A stretch of DNA of 63,420 nt, filler included, from Folioceros fuciformis (lineage: Eukaryota): assembly GCA_049999805.1 (NCBI GenBank). It is 12 parts of 12 records of this genome, joined end to end, with 100 filler letters (N's around TTAATTAATTAA, not from the genome) between each part and the next. Parts side by side here need not be neighbours in the genome. Positions count along the whole stretch, not along the records: positions 46,213 to 49,010 come from JBNGIO010001872.1; positions 49,111 to 51,201 come from JBNGIO010001873.1; positions 51,302 to 60,808 come from JBNGIO010001874.1; 9 more parts are not named here. One strand, 5' to 3'. Both the position numbers and the translations under genes were made by a program. Below the pieces are notes generated by a model that did no database searches, was not told the origin of the DNA, and saw nothing but the letters and a program-made list of their open reading frames with translations. Positions 48,319 to 60,908 of the stretch are shown in pieces. Every line of letters starts with the position of its first letter. Position 1 is the stretch's first letter.

Positions 48319-49110
48319 ACAGACTAAGATAACTTCATTTTTCTAACTCTTGCAAAAAGAGAGTAGAATAACTTCATTTTTCCAACTAAGGTTGTGAGAA
48401 GAGACTATTAGAAAGCTCTTTTGCAGAGGTCGTACAAAGTCACAAACTTTAACCTTATAGAATACAAGAAGTATGAGTGTGCTTATGCGCCTAAGAACAA
48501 AAGAAGCCCTTGCTAGATAAATCTTGCAAATTCGTATATGATTCCATGTTGATAATGATAATAAGGCCAATTAAGTTTCAATTTTAGTTAGTACCTTTCT
48601 AAGCAACACTAAAAGAATGATTAAAGCATAAGTTACTTTACATATTAAGTCCATGGTTCAAGTTTATGTCAAGAGTAACGCTAATTCTAATTATCAAAAT
48701 GAGATGATTATTTAGTTATGAAAAACATTTTGGAATATTTAAAATGAATTTAAAGGAATGTTGTTCTTCTTCCCCGGCCTCTTCCCCTCTGTGATCCCTG
48801 CCACGACGGTGCAGCTCCCGCCTACACGTTTGAGCAACCCGATCCCAGCACCAGGACTCCGCGCACTTGTGCCTCCTCCCAGAATGTGCCTACCATTCAC
48901 CAGGGAGAAGCAAACTGCAAATTCTCGAGCGCCAACGCCGACAACCCGCTAAGTCTGACTTCTCCATAACCTACGCCACACCAAACCCCCGCACCACCAC
49001 ACCAGACCTANNNNNNNNNNNNNNNNNNNNNNNNNNNNNNNNNNNNNNNNNNNNTTAATTAATTAANNNNNNNNNNNNNNNNNNNNNNNNNNNNNNNNNN
49101 NNNNNNNNNN

Positions 49111-50823
49111 CTCCAAGACGTGCTATGGTTGGTTGCCGACCTTGCTAAATTCTGTGCAACTTACACAAGTTGTTCAGCTCAGCAGGTTCACCCCAAGCTG
49201 TATGCTTTCCTGTAGGAGCCGGTTGGAAAGCCACGTCAGAAGCATGGGGAGCTTGCACCAGCAGAGCAGGAATCTCGTAAGTTCTGCACGAAGTACGCTA
49301 AACATCAAGCAAGCACAGGCTTCTTCGAGGTCTCCATGATGATCATCTCGAAAATTGCCGTTCATGTTAACTTCTTCCAATAGTTTGCTGCTGTTGATCC
49401 TGAAGTCTTCCCTGAAACAGAAGTTACTGCCCAGCGCTCTAGCAGATTTTCAAAACAAGCGACAGGTAAGAATTCATCTGTTGCAGCCAGCTCATTCCAA
49501 ATGCACAAATGCTATGGCATGCAGAAAGGATGGGCTGGCCCCAAGGCTTGCCCGAGAGACAGACAACGGTGTGACCCTCAAAAATATGTAGGCCAGTGAA
49601 AGAGTTTCAACTGTATGGAAAGCTGCCCTCGAAAAGGAAAGACTAGTCGTAAGAAAAAAAGAAGAGCACAAGAGACAGAGGTTGGTGACCACCCACACTC
49701 GCATTCCTGAATGTTTAACAAGCTGGAACAAACTAAAATAGTCCCCATGCTCGCAGAATGCTGCGTCAGGAAAGCGAACGGAAGATTAAGGAAACCGCAG
49801 AGAAGCAGCGCATTCGGCAAATGCAGCAGGAAGCTATAGAGAAGCACCTGAAAAAGATAGCCAGCCTGGTACGATTTGAATCCTCCTCTGAGACTGATGC
49901 GACACGAAGGTCCGTACTACCTCGATCCTCCTCATACGAGATTCGAAAATTCCATGGCTACAGAGGGAAAAGAAGAACTTTATGGATGGAAAAGGTCGTA
50001 CACGAAGAAAAACAAGGCGAGTTCTCAGTTTGTTGCCAGTTATACTCCCAGAGTAGGACGATCATGAATCCAAAAAAATGCAACTGACGCACGATGCAGG
50101 TATATGGAGGCTGCAGCAGTGTCTCCAGAACGGACAAATGACAAGCAGGAAAACAAAAAGGCGGGACACACAGCTTGCGAGTACAGACCATGCACCTTCA
50201 GCTGCAGTACTTTTCTTGACAACAGAGACACAGGATTTATTAGCATTCAAGATTTCGAGCGTAATCACTGACAATGGTCTGCCGCAGGAACATACTTGTG
50301 AACGAAAGACGAAGACTCCACCACCAGCCTCCTGGTTTCATACAGACTCCCATGGAAGTCATAAAAGAACAGCTACAACACACTGCTGCGATGGTAAGCT
50401 GCACAATTCCAGCGTCGTCTGGGAGACCTGACTGTGCTCTTTCCTAACGAAAGGACTGTTGTACGCGCAGATGGAGAGGAGACGACATCTGGCCGAAGTC
50501 AATCGCAGCCTTGAGAAAACCAGGTTGGTAAGCTACGTGCAAGATGAGTCGTGCATTTCCGACATGCACCAAACAACTGTTTCGCTGCCTGTTGGCACAG
50601 GTACAGAGCTGCCCTCCGGTCCATCCGGTTGCAAAAGATGCAACAAAAGATAGTACTACCTCCCTTATGCAACTGTGGGCATGATGTCAGCCCCTTCAGC
50701 CCAGCTTACATCCGAAGTTGCAATAAAACCTGCCACCTCCATCAGAACCTGCCTGAATACAAGCGTCTCCTCACGGCTGCACTAGAGTCCCTGGTAGAAG
50801 AAATGGACAGGAACCAGCCATGA
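49111..50823 (+). CDS. Multi-exon coiled-coil protein, CCDC15-like; 5' part truncated or uncertain
   Basis: Short GT-AG exons with E/K/R/Q-rich sequence; last exon RYRAALRSIRLQKMQQKIVLPPLCNCG..SCNKTCHLHQNLPEYKRLL resembles the ALR..LPPLCxCG..C..NC..N..Y..L tail of CCDC15 as recalled. Confidence 0.6.
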
Positions 50824-51301
50824 CATGTCTCCGTGTCGGGTACTGAACATCAAAGTCGCTTCATTGATGCAACAACATTCGCCCCTCTCTCGGCACAGAC
50901 CCTTACATGCGTTGTTAGAGTTGAGAATCAGAACAGGGAGTACACACAATTGAGTTCTCTAGTTCTTCCTTGCAGCCATCCCGTAATTGCGCGCTCAGTT
51001 TCCTTGTGTCAAAAACTGCATGCAAGCGGAGATAGTTGTGTTCCCTGGCTTGCTCTCCAGGGATACTGCAGCATAGAGCAGGAAAATAGGCGGGCCGCAA
51101 CTTTCACGAGGGAGAAACAGGAAGCGGGTGAGGTTCCTGCGCGGAGGCTGTGGGTGGCGGCGGCGGCGGCGGGTACGAGGTGCCCCCGCCCCCGCGCACA
51201 CNNNNNNNNNNNNNNNNNNNNNNNNNNNNNNNNNNNNNNNNNNNNTTAATTAATTAANNNNNNNNNNNNNNNNNNNNNNNNNNNNNNNNNNNNNNNNNNN
51301 N

Positions 51302-52448
51302 TGCGCAGTGGGCGGCCCGGCAAGCAGGTGCAGCTCTCGGAGGCGGAGATCCGGCAGCTGTGTCTCGCGTCAAAGGAGATCTTCTTGTCACAACCTAATC
51401 TGCTGGAGCTGGAAGCGCCTATCAAGATCTGCGGTGCGTGGGGGTGGAATTGCCGCGCAGGGGTTTGAGGGTGTGGGGTGTGGCTTGGTGTGTGTTGTGC
51501 ATGGTGTGGATGTGAGGTTTCGAACGTGGATGGAATTGCTGCTGACGGCAGGTTTGGGTTGTTTGTTTTGTGTGCGTGAGCAGGGGATATACATGGACAG
51601 TACTCTGACCTGTTGAGGCTGTTTGAGTACGGAGGGTTTCCGCCGGAAGCAAATTACTTGTTTTTGGGAGACTATGTGGACAGAGGGAAACAGAGCCTAG
51701 AAACAATCTGCCTACTTCTCGCCTACAAAATCAAGTACCCTGAGAATTTCTTTCTGTTGAGGGGCAATCATGAATGTGCTTCCATCAATCGAATATATGG
51801 CTTCTATGATGAATGCAAACGTAGATTTAATATCCGGTTGTGGAAGACGTTCACAGATTGTTTCAACTGCTTGCCTGTGGCTGCCCTGATTGACGAGAAG
51901 ATTCTGTGCATGCATGGAGGACTGTCCCCTGAGCTGAAGAACCTGGATCAGATAAAGAAAATAGCGCGACCTACAGACGTGCCGGACACAGGCCTGTTGT
52001 GCGATCTTCTGTGGGCTGATCCTGATAAGGAAGTGCAAGGTTGGGGGGACAATGATCGAGGGGTATCATATACTTTTGGTGGCGACAGCGTTTCGGACTT
52101 TCTTCAAAAGCACGATTTGGATCTCATCTGTCGAGCCCACCAGGTCAGTACGCTGCTCTGCCCTCTTGGCTTTCGAGCCCCGCTTGTTGGTTCATGGCAA
52201 CCTTACTCACTTTTTGATGCAGGTGGTGGAGGATGGCTACGAATTTTTTGCAAAGAGGCAGCTCGTTACCATTTTCTCGGCACCGAATTATTGTGGCGAA
52301 TTTGACAACGCCGGAGCTATGATGAGTGTGGACGACACACTTATGTGCTCGTTTCAAATTCTGAAGCCGGCAGAGAAAAAGCAAAAGTTCGGTGCCTATG
52401 GAAACCAAAATTCGGCCAGACCAGGCACTCCGCCCAGGACTGTGAAGG
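51302..52448 (+). CDS. PP1: Ser/Thr protein phosphatase PP1 catalytic subunit (TOPP); 5' truncated, last exon not located
   Basis: [68 protein letters not shown]. Exons ~51302-51433, 51584-52143 and 52223-52448. Confidence 0.97.
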
Positions 52449-55400
52449 TTAGTTATGCTGCCTTTTTCGGCTGAGCATGACACATTTGTAAGCTTTTGTA
52501 AAGAAAGCTGGACGTCTTCACTTGTAGCTGCATCGCCCGCCCTCAGTAATTGAGGTTGTGTGAAGGGGTGGAATCCTTAGGATTTTCGTGAGTTGGCCTC
52601 TCCACTGCGAGTCTCTTCTTTCCTGTCACTGTCCATCACATTGAGCCGGAGTGGGATGTCTAGTCTGACTCCTGTGTGCAGACCACTATAGATGTTGTAA
52701 GACCTAGTCCAGCGATCATAGCTTTGTGTTGGGCTAGGAGGGTGTTTTTGACTAGTGCATCTCCAGAGGACTTCTACCAGTTGGAATGTATTTCAAACCT
52801 CATTGTCGTCCGTACGATACTATGACTCGTTTTTCAGCAAACCTGCGTTGTATCTCATTGTTGTGCTGTGTAGCATTGTCTTGCAGGCTTATGCTGTGGA
52901 ATTAAGTAGTCACTCTACCAAATTGAGCAACTAGACGACTGTTTATCTTGTTGCTGAAATCCTTCAAGTGTGTTTGTTGTGGCGACTAATTGACTAGGGG
53001 ATTGTGGCTTCATTGTTGAACTGTCTTGCAGCCGTACCAGAGTGGCAAGGGCTAGTTGGTAAGATGTTGAACGTCTGGCACACATCCAAGCACTACTGGT
53101 GCCCAGTGACCTGTCATTGGCTGCAAGTAGGATGACAGCCTGTGGAAATATCATGGTTATCTAGCTTCCATGAAGGAAGCAGCTGGAGAGTGGCCAAGAA
53201 ATTTCTTCACAGGCCCATGTAGTAGCCTAGGATCTTGGAGCTGGAGTAAGTGCCATGGTGGGCACTTTGGAGGCTGCAACTCTTCTCTCTACAGGCGCTG
53301 TGCAACCGAGAGGATGCGGAGGGTGGTGATGATGGGAGCAGTGGAAAATGTCCCCGCGTAGAACACCGGCACCAGGAAGCAGGCCTTCAGTTCTCGCATT
53401 TGTATGTGTACATTAGTGAGCGCAAGCAAGCACACGTGCTTTTCTTCAGTCAAAGGTTCTGCTGTCGATTTCTTCTTTGCTCACTGACGTGAAAAGTGAG
53501 CGTTCCAAGTTCTACTCGAATTTGTCTGTTCCGATGTATCTTAGCAGCGTCTGATTGTCCAGAAGCATTGATGTCCTCTTCCCTCCCTTTCGTGATAGGT
53601 GGATCTTTCCGTGTGGTGTGTAGTCCTGTAGACGTGTGCCGTTGCAAGAACTCAGCTAGCTGACTGAGTTTTGCCTGCACAGGCTGATGTAGCTGTGTCC
53701 CAAGCAAGGCAGTCGTGATTATGATCAGTGTGGAGTGCTTCTTGTCAGGGATCAAATGTGCAGTGTCCGTCGAATGTCGTGGTTTGTGATCGTCCACCCA
53801 TGAATGTCTTGCATCAGCAATCATCACGACACTTATTTTTTGATGCGCGTCTGGGCATCTGCTTCCTGCGCTGAAAGCAAACCCTACGTCAAGCTCTCCA
53901 ACGTGGTCGCCTGTACGTCTCTTCTCTCCCTGGGCTTCGCTCGGCGCGTAGCCTGTCAACAGCCCTTAGGCTTTCCCTAAAAGCCGACCTGTACGTCGTC
54001 AGGAGTGAGGTCTCGGCAGAAAGAATTTCTTCGTCCCGCCTTATTTTCCCTTTTGCGCGCCGGAATTTTGCATGGGCAGATCACTTTATGTTATATACAC
54101 GTCTCCCTTTTAGCGTCGGATTAGAGCACCATGGAAATTCCATTTCAAAATTCTGTCTTTGTCTCTATGCACATTTTCTTCCAAAGAACTTACACAAGCT
54201 GTATATTTCTTCCTTCTTAAAAGTCATACAAGCCTTTCATTGAAAGGCTGGTGTGGTTGAAGTCCGGGGTGGACTGGTAGTCCCGAAACGTTCTGACACG
54301 ATTTCGTGCCTAGTTCACGTGCATGGAATTTGCAGGACCCTACTGGGACTGGAACGAGGGCAGTGTTGTCAACAGCTCATCGTCAGCGGACGAAGATTCA
54401 TACATGTGTTGTTCTCAAGACCGGAGAAGAGCGGATGATCGCAGTGGGCGAGGGGCGTGCCTAGGCACCTTGTCCACTGTCCGTGCTCCAGATTGCTCTT
54501 CTTGTCCGGATCCGTCTTGCAATCGTGTCGGAGTAAATGTGGACGCTGGAGTGGGACTCAATGGCGCCACAGTGCAGACCTTTTCTCCTTGTGATTGGCC
54601 GGTTTTGACGGGACGGAACAGGTGAGGGCACTCATCCGTCGAGTCACTCGCCTCCCGGTACCCGCACCAGCTCGGCAGCAGCTGGAGCCGGGCCCATGGC
54701 GCATCCACCTGTCCTGTCTGCACCCCGGGTTGTGCATGTACATACTTGGCCCTAACCGGACGGGGCTCTGTTGAGGCCGGGGCGTTGTGTGGCACAATTC
54801 CTCGTCGTAGGGTTCTCTGGAAGGGCATCCATGGTGAGCAGGACAGCTGCCCCGGCCACTTACCTACCAGAAGGACGGGACGAGGAAACGGCAGTGCGTA
54901 CATGTAGTACATAGTGGGTTTGCGACGCGCCTGTTTGGAAGCCTGATGGACCAGTGAGATCATCTTAATGTCCAAGCTTGTGCGCTTGGACCGAACCCCA
55001 CCAGCAGGAACCAGTACAACAACTTCGACTGCAGGTGGACACGCAATGCGACGCGGAGTTCATCCTCCCAGGTCCCACTTCTAGAAGGAGGTGCCGTGAC
55101 ATGAAAGGAATGTTGACGCTTCCAATTCGGCGGTAGGTTGGGTGCTTTCGGTGGGCCCTTCTTTACACTGTTTTTGACTGCAGCCACCTCGTGCAAGCTC
55201 ATGCAGCTGACAGCTCCAGAGGCCATGCTTCACCTGGTGACAAAAAGCGGCTCAAGATGGTCCGCCCTCTTTTGTTTTGCATTTCACCACGTCTGGGTTT
55301 ACGTGAAGGCGTAACGTACGTGATGGTTTTGTTCGTCCATCTACATGTGTATGCATCTACGTATGTATGTACATAGGCTGGACTCTCTGACACACTCCAC

Positions 55401-55643
55401 TCTCGGCGTTGGATGACTGTGCAGGCTCCACCGCCACCCAGCCACCCAGATCTGGAATCTGCTGAGTGTCAAGTGTTCGCGCTGTGATTGATGCTGATCA
55501 GAATCTGCCTCGGCCCAACCTGGTCAAGACACAGAAATTTCTTATAACTCTTGCTGCTCATTCAACTGAGAAATGTACAGTAGCCAGCCTGATTGACAGG
55601 GAGAAAATGTCAAAGTAGATACAAGGCTGCAACGAAAAACCGC

Positions 55644-58600
55644 TCAGCACAAGCCATCAAGTTTGTTCTGCTTTCTTTCCCACTTTCCCTCTCTCCGACC
55701 ATCCCTTTCCCTTCTCTCGACCACTTGCCTGGGCCTGGTGGACCGAGGGCCTGGTCTTTGACTGCCGCTAAGACTGTTAGGGTTGTTGAGGTCCATGCCC
55801 AGTCCACCCTCTGACTCTCCGACGCTACTCCCATCATCTCGCATTCCATTACCATCAAGTCCCTCATCGAAACCCCGGTCCTCATTCCGGTCCCTAGCAT
55901 GCAACAAGTGCAGAGATTGTCCAGGATATGCCTTGCTTGACAAGGCAGCCGGATTTGTGCTAACTGAGGCTGCGGCTGACGTAGCTGGAGCTGCTGCCAA
56001 TGCTGACGTCGACATACTCAAGGTGGACGTCTGGGCACTACTGAATCCACCTGCTGTTGGAGTTGCAGGAGGAGTTGTTGCACTGCTACCACCACCACCA
56101 CCATTACTTGGTCTCGAACCCCCCTCTCTATCCCTTTCCCGATATCGCTCCCTTGGCCGGCTACAACATGCCAGGAGACAGGGTGTGGGACAGAAATAAC
56201 CAAGTAGACCATCTAGCCCAGTACTCCAGGTGAATGACAACATTCACAGGCTGCTGTGGCTGACACCTACCTGCTCGGAGCAGTGCTTGGAAATTCTCGT
56301 CGAGATGGCCGCGTTGCACTTGATTCCCTTTGTTCTATGTCTCGTTGTAGTTCTCTCTGAAAATGTCCCACTTCCAAACCTCAAAATCCATACACCCACG
56401 TACATCAAGCAACAATGACTGCAAAACTGGATCGTTCCTCGACGACTACACGACCGTGGAGATTCGGATCATATCCTCATGCGTAACAACAAACCAAAGC
56501 CAACAGTCTCATTTTGCTACCTGATTTCGTCTCTCTGCCTCGATTTCAAGAGCATACTTAAGTTCTCGGGTCTTAGCCTTCTCTCTTTCTAGGGTCCTTT
56601 GTCGTTCAATCTCCTTCTCAGCTTGTGCAGCTCGTTCACTTCACACAGCCACCTCAAACCTCAGACTTCGAGAGCGCACAAATTTCATGCGGGAAGCCTA
56701 ACGGAAAGGATCTGCTGCATTGTACGCTGTGCTACAAGACCAGCTCTTACCTTTCCAGCTGCTGAAGAAGCTGCAGTTCTCGCACCTTTGCTTCTTCTGC
56801 AGCTGCTTGTCGCTGATGGCGTAGGAACCGTTGCCGCTCTCTCCGTGCACTAATTTCTGCACGACGAACAGACCTGTCCCTGTCCAGAGAAAATGAGCAG
56901 TTAGTCCACTGTCATATTTTGTTCAAACACTGGGAGGTTAGGGAGTACACACAAAACGTGGAACGTACAACGATAGGATCTGTGACCGTATCTCCATCAG
57001 CTGCTGCTTTGAACCCGATGCTGGTACTGCCGGACAATCATGTCCTTTCCATCAAGCTCAATGCGGCGTTATTTCGGAATGTACTCATCAAACCAGACAA
57101 AAGCAGCCTAACCTGGGGCGGATGCAGCAGATATCGAGTAGGCACGTTGACAGGAATCTGCTAGAGTCTGCTCTTCCTTCGCTATCTCCAGCTCAATTTC
57201 AGCGTCCTCCAGATCCTTTAACATCTAACGTAGCTCAGAAAGTATGACATTGACCTGAATTCTCAAATACTACATGATGACTTAAACTGACACACACCAT
57301 CGCTTCTTGCAAGGATGCAGCTGTGCGTGCATCCACCTTGAGACGCGCCCTGTCCAGCCTTGACAAAACCTGAGCAAAGTGGGACAGTCACGGGTATCAC
57401 CAAAGGCATCACTTCAAACAAAATCTTGGAAGTTTTTATCCCCTGGAGTAACACTTAGCACTATAAAAACATATACCTCCAGCACAGCCACACGAACCGG
57501 TGCATACTCTGCAACGATCTCGTCTGATCTGTTGGCTCCTGAGAGAGCCTGTCTAATACTCTGCAGTCATTACGACACAAGACATGTTACAGGGGTGCTG
57601 CCTGTTCCATGGTGGCATCAAGGTCCATTTTGAATGACCGTGTGACAAAGAAACAGCACGGACAAAGGTCAAATGAATCCCATACACACACCAGCTACTC
57701 ACCTGTTTCGCAGAATCTTCTTGCTCCTGCAGAAGGAGTAGTAAAGCTCGAGACACAGCGCGCTCTGACTCCATGAAAACACCCTCTGTGCAAATTCAAA
57801 TGAAACATAGGGAAACCACACCACCCTAAACTTCAGCCTAGGAAACTATGACTCCTCTTTTGCCTAGAGCACCAACCTTTGCTGACAAGAAGCGCCAAAG
57901 CCAAGCAACAAAACATGACAACCACACTCACCAGGCTTAGCTTGCGCCAACGCTCTGATGCTCGTCCACACTCTATGAGGGACTGCATCAAGATCACCTG
58001 CTGATGAATAAAGACAGACTTTGGCAAACACGGACAGAGCGAGTTTTGTAAGGGGCCCCGAGCTGAATATCTGGCCAGCATGGGTGAAAGGTGGAAGTAT
58101 CCCATGAATTGAACTCAAAAGGGATCTCAGTTGTGAGGGCAGGGCCAAAGGTATCAATTTGAGTAACACCTCCATCGCCTGCTTCCTCAACCCCAGCAGT
58201 GGATCAGCAGCTGCTGCCGATGATACCTTGCTCCAGGTTGATGCAGCAAGCATACGAGTGAACTCCTCTTTAGTACACTTCTCTGTCTCAGCTTGCATAC
58301 TGTCTGTATACTCTGCTGGGTCATGGTACACGCTCAACTCCTCAACCACGTAATCATCTATAAGTACAGAAAGTTGCTGTAAAGCACTAGACCGTTGTTC
58401 AGGTTCTGAATGCTCCAACATTGTACACAGCAGGTGAATCAAGGGCATAGCAGTTGCTTCATAATCTGTCTGTTGGGACAACAGAAGAGCTTGTGACAAC
58501 CACTTGCTTGTCCATAGCCTCCATGCAATGCGTGGGGCATGACTGCATTGGTGATGAAGTAACTTGCAAAATATTGGGAAGGCCTCTGCTACATAACTTG

Positions 58601-60802
58601 AAGAAGGTACTGACAAGAAATAATCTACAGCTACACCAGCAACCTGCCAACAGTGAAGTTGCTGCAAGTGTATGATTTGTTGTACAAAGGCTTGTGGATC
58701 CACCGCAAGTGATGACTCCACTTGACCACTGGCATTGGTCTTCAAACCACTTTCTGTTTGTATGACATCACTGTCACTGCCAGCATGCAGAACACTGGAG
58801 TACAGAAGACATGACGCTCCAAGACGACTCACGTTGGCTGCAAGGTGTGGATGCAGCTTCCATGCTGCCTCAAGTGATGGTGCTAGGGTCATCACCAATT
58901 TCTGAATTTTCGACCTGAACTCTGTTTCCAGTCGAACGTCACTTGTCCTACCTCTCTTGTACAAGTCAGTCCTATCCCTGTCATATACAAGTTTCTTGGT
59001 TTCCCCTTCTGCGTCTTCAAAGGCTTCATGGGGCTCGTTCTCATCAGATGATACTGGTTCAGCCTCCAAATAGTCGACTCTCCTCACATGCTCATCATCC
59101 TCTCCACCATTCAATGCTACAGAAGACGCGCTCGAGGGCGTATTAGCTTTGGAGTGGTCCATTACGTCAACTACGGCTTCTAGCTCACCACTCTCTCCAG
59201 GTCCTTGTATCGTAGCAGCTCCAACTGTGCTCTTACTTTCCAAAATAGATTTGCACTCTTCTAGAATCTTCAAGAAGGAGCATAGATATACATGCAATGA
59301 TTCTGTATTGTCCTGAACACTGAAATCAGTCCACTTGAGAAGAGACGACAGAAGGTCATTTCTCCACCCTATTGAGAGGTCTGATAATACATAACCTGCG
59401 AGAAACAGCAGGAGTGCCTTACGTGGCCCTACTCTGTCACCTTGGTCCTGGCTAACTGGACCCAGTTTCAGATGTTCGAGAAGAGTTTCAAAGCATAACT
59501 TCTCAAAAGTGACGGAGGGCACGTGGAAGTCCCCATGAGGCTCGAATGCGGCAGCTCTGGCTGTAGAATGAGATATGACAGGCTTTAACGCCGCCATCAA
59601 AGAGTGGAGCAAATCCACGTCACAAAAGGAACTACTACTCAATGCAAGGACCACCTCAATTACTCTGGGAAGCTCAGGTACAACAACGTCAAGGTGTTCC
59701 GCTATGATGACCTCCAGAAGCCGCAATATAACATACCGGGTATTCACAAGGGCAAATCCCTTGATTCCTATTATGGAGTTGGGTGCATTAGACAACGCAA
59801 AAGGATCCCGGCAAAACCCAGAGAACCAAGTTAGGATGTCAGGAACAGCAGTACGAGGGACCACCTTCACTTGAAGGCACACGGAGTTAAGTATACTCTC
59901 TGCAAAGGACCTGAATTGAGACTTAAGATGTGGAAACACTGCATCCAATTCTGGATAGAGGAACTTCACAAGCCCACTTCGGTCCACCTCATCTGTTTCC
60001 TGCACAGCAGAATGCGCATGAGACTGTGCAGAGCTGCCAGCAGCTTTGATCAGGATCCCCACGTGGAGCTCCTCATCCTCAGCCTTTTGTAGTCCTTCTA
60101 CTGAGACAAGCTCATCTGAAAATATGAGCAGCAACCTGCTTAACTCCGTGAGATCAGTTATGAGAGAAAACCCAGTGTTGTGAGAACATTTGGCAAACCG
60201 AGACATTGCCATCCAGCCAACATAGCGGACAAGGGGACGGGGTGACATGGCGAAGTCTGGAATTTTCGCTAGCCAAGCTGCTGCAGGGACTAACTCCTTG
60301 TGAACAAACATGTCCCTCATGCCATTAGAACTTGCATGATCATCTTCTGGCGAGCCCCCACTTGACACAAGTACTAATCTACGCAACAATGCCCACTGTC
60401 TCCGAATGCCATGTGCTTTGAAAGAATCCTGAGGTCCAGTGCCATTGTGGACTTCATTGTGGTACACAAGAAGAGCGGTGTTCAAACGCTCAGCTGTCTG
60501 GAGAATAACCTCTATGATATCTGTAGGTAGTGTTGCAAGTTCTGTTGCTGATTCCAGAACGAACAACAGTCCATGCAGCAGGACTTCATACATATTGTGT
60601 CTCTCCCTCTGTAATTGCCGGACAAGGAAACGACAAAGTAAAGTTTGATATTGACGCACAACGGTAACAGCGTCCCTTGCTGATGCATCTTCCACGGAAA
60701 CACATACTCGATTGAAAAGCTCCAACAGCCGGACGTCATCCCCGTCTGCATCTGCATCATCTGCCGCTACTGAAGTACTTCCTGGCACAGCACTATCCCA
60801 CT
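55644..60802 (-). CDS. Large plant protein of unknown function (helical/ARM-like body, coiled-coil, disordered tail); 5' truncated
   Basis: ~2.9-kb open exon (57932-60802), several small exons (RQRFLRHQRRAAAEE..., ELERLRTRELK...) and a last exon ending RERDGRREGKWERKQ. Confidence 0.82.
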
Positions 60803-60908
60803 CTGCAGNNNNNNNNNNNNNNNNNNNNNNNNNNNNNNNNNNNNNNNNNNNNTTAATTAATTAANNNNNNNNNNNNNNNNNNNNNNNNNNNNNNNNNNNN
60901 NNNNNNNN

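Noticed and set aside
4037-60908. Recurring TTAATTAATTAA motif, and ORFs ending in X-runs or LIN
   Set aside because: Artificial contig linkers; gene adjacency across them is not biological.
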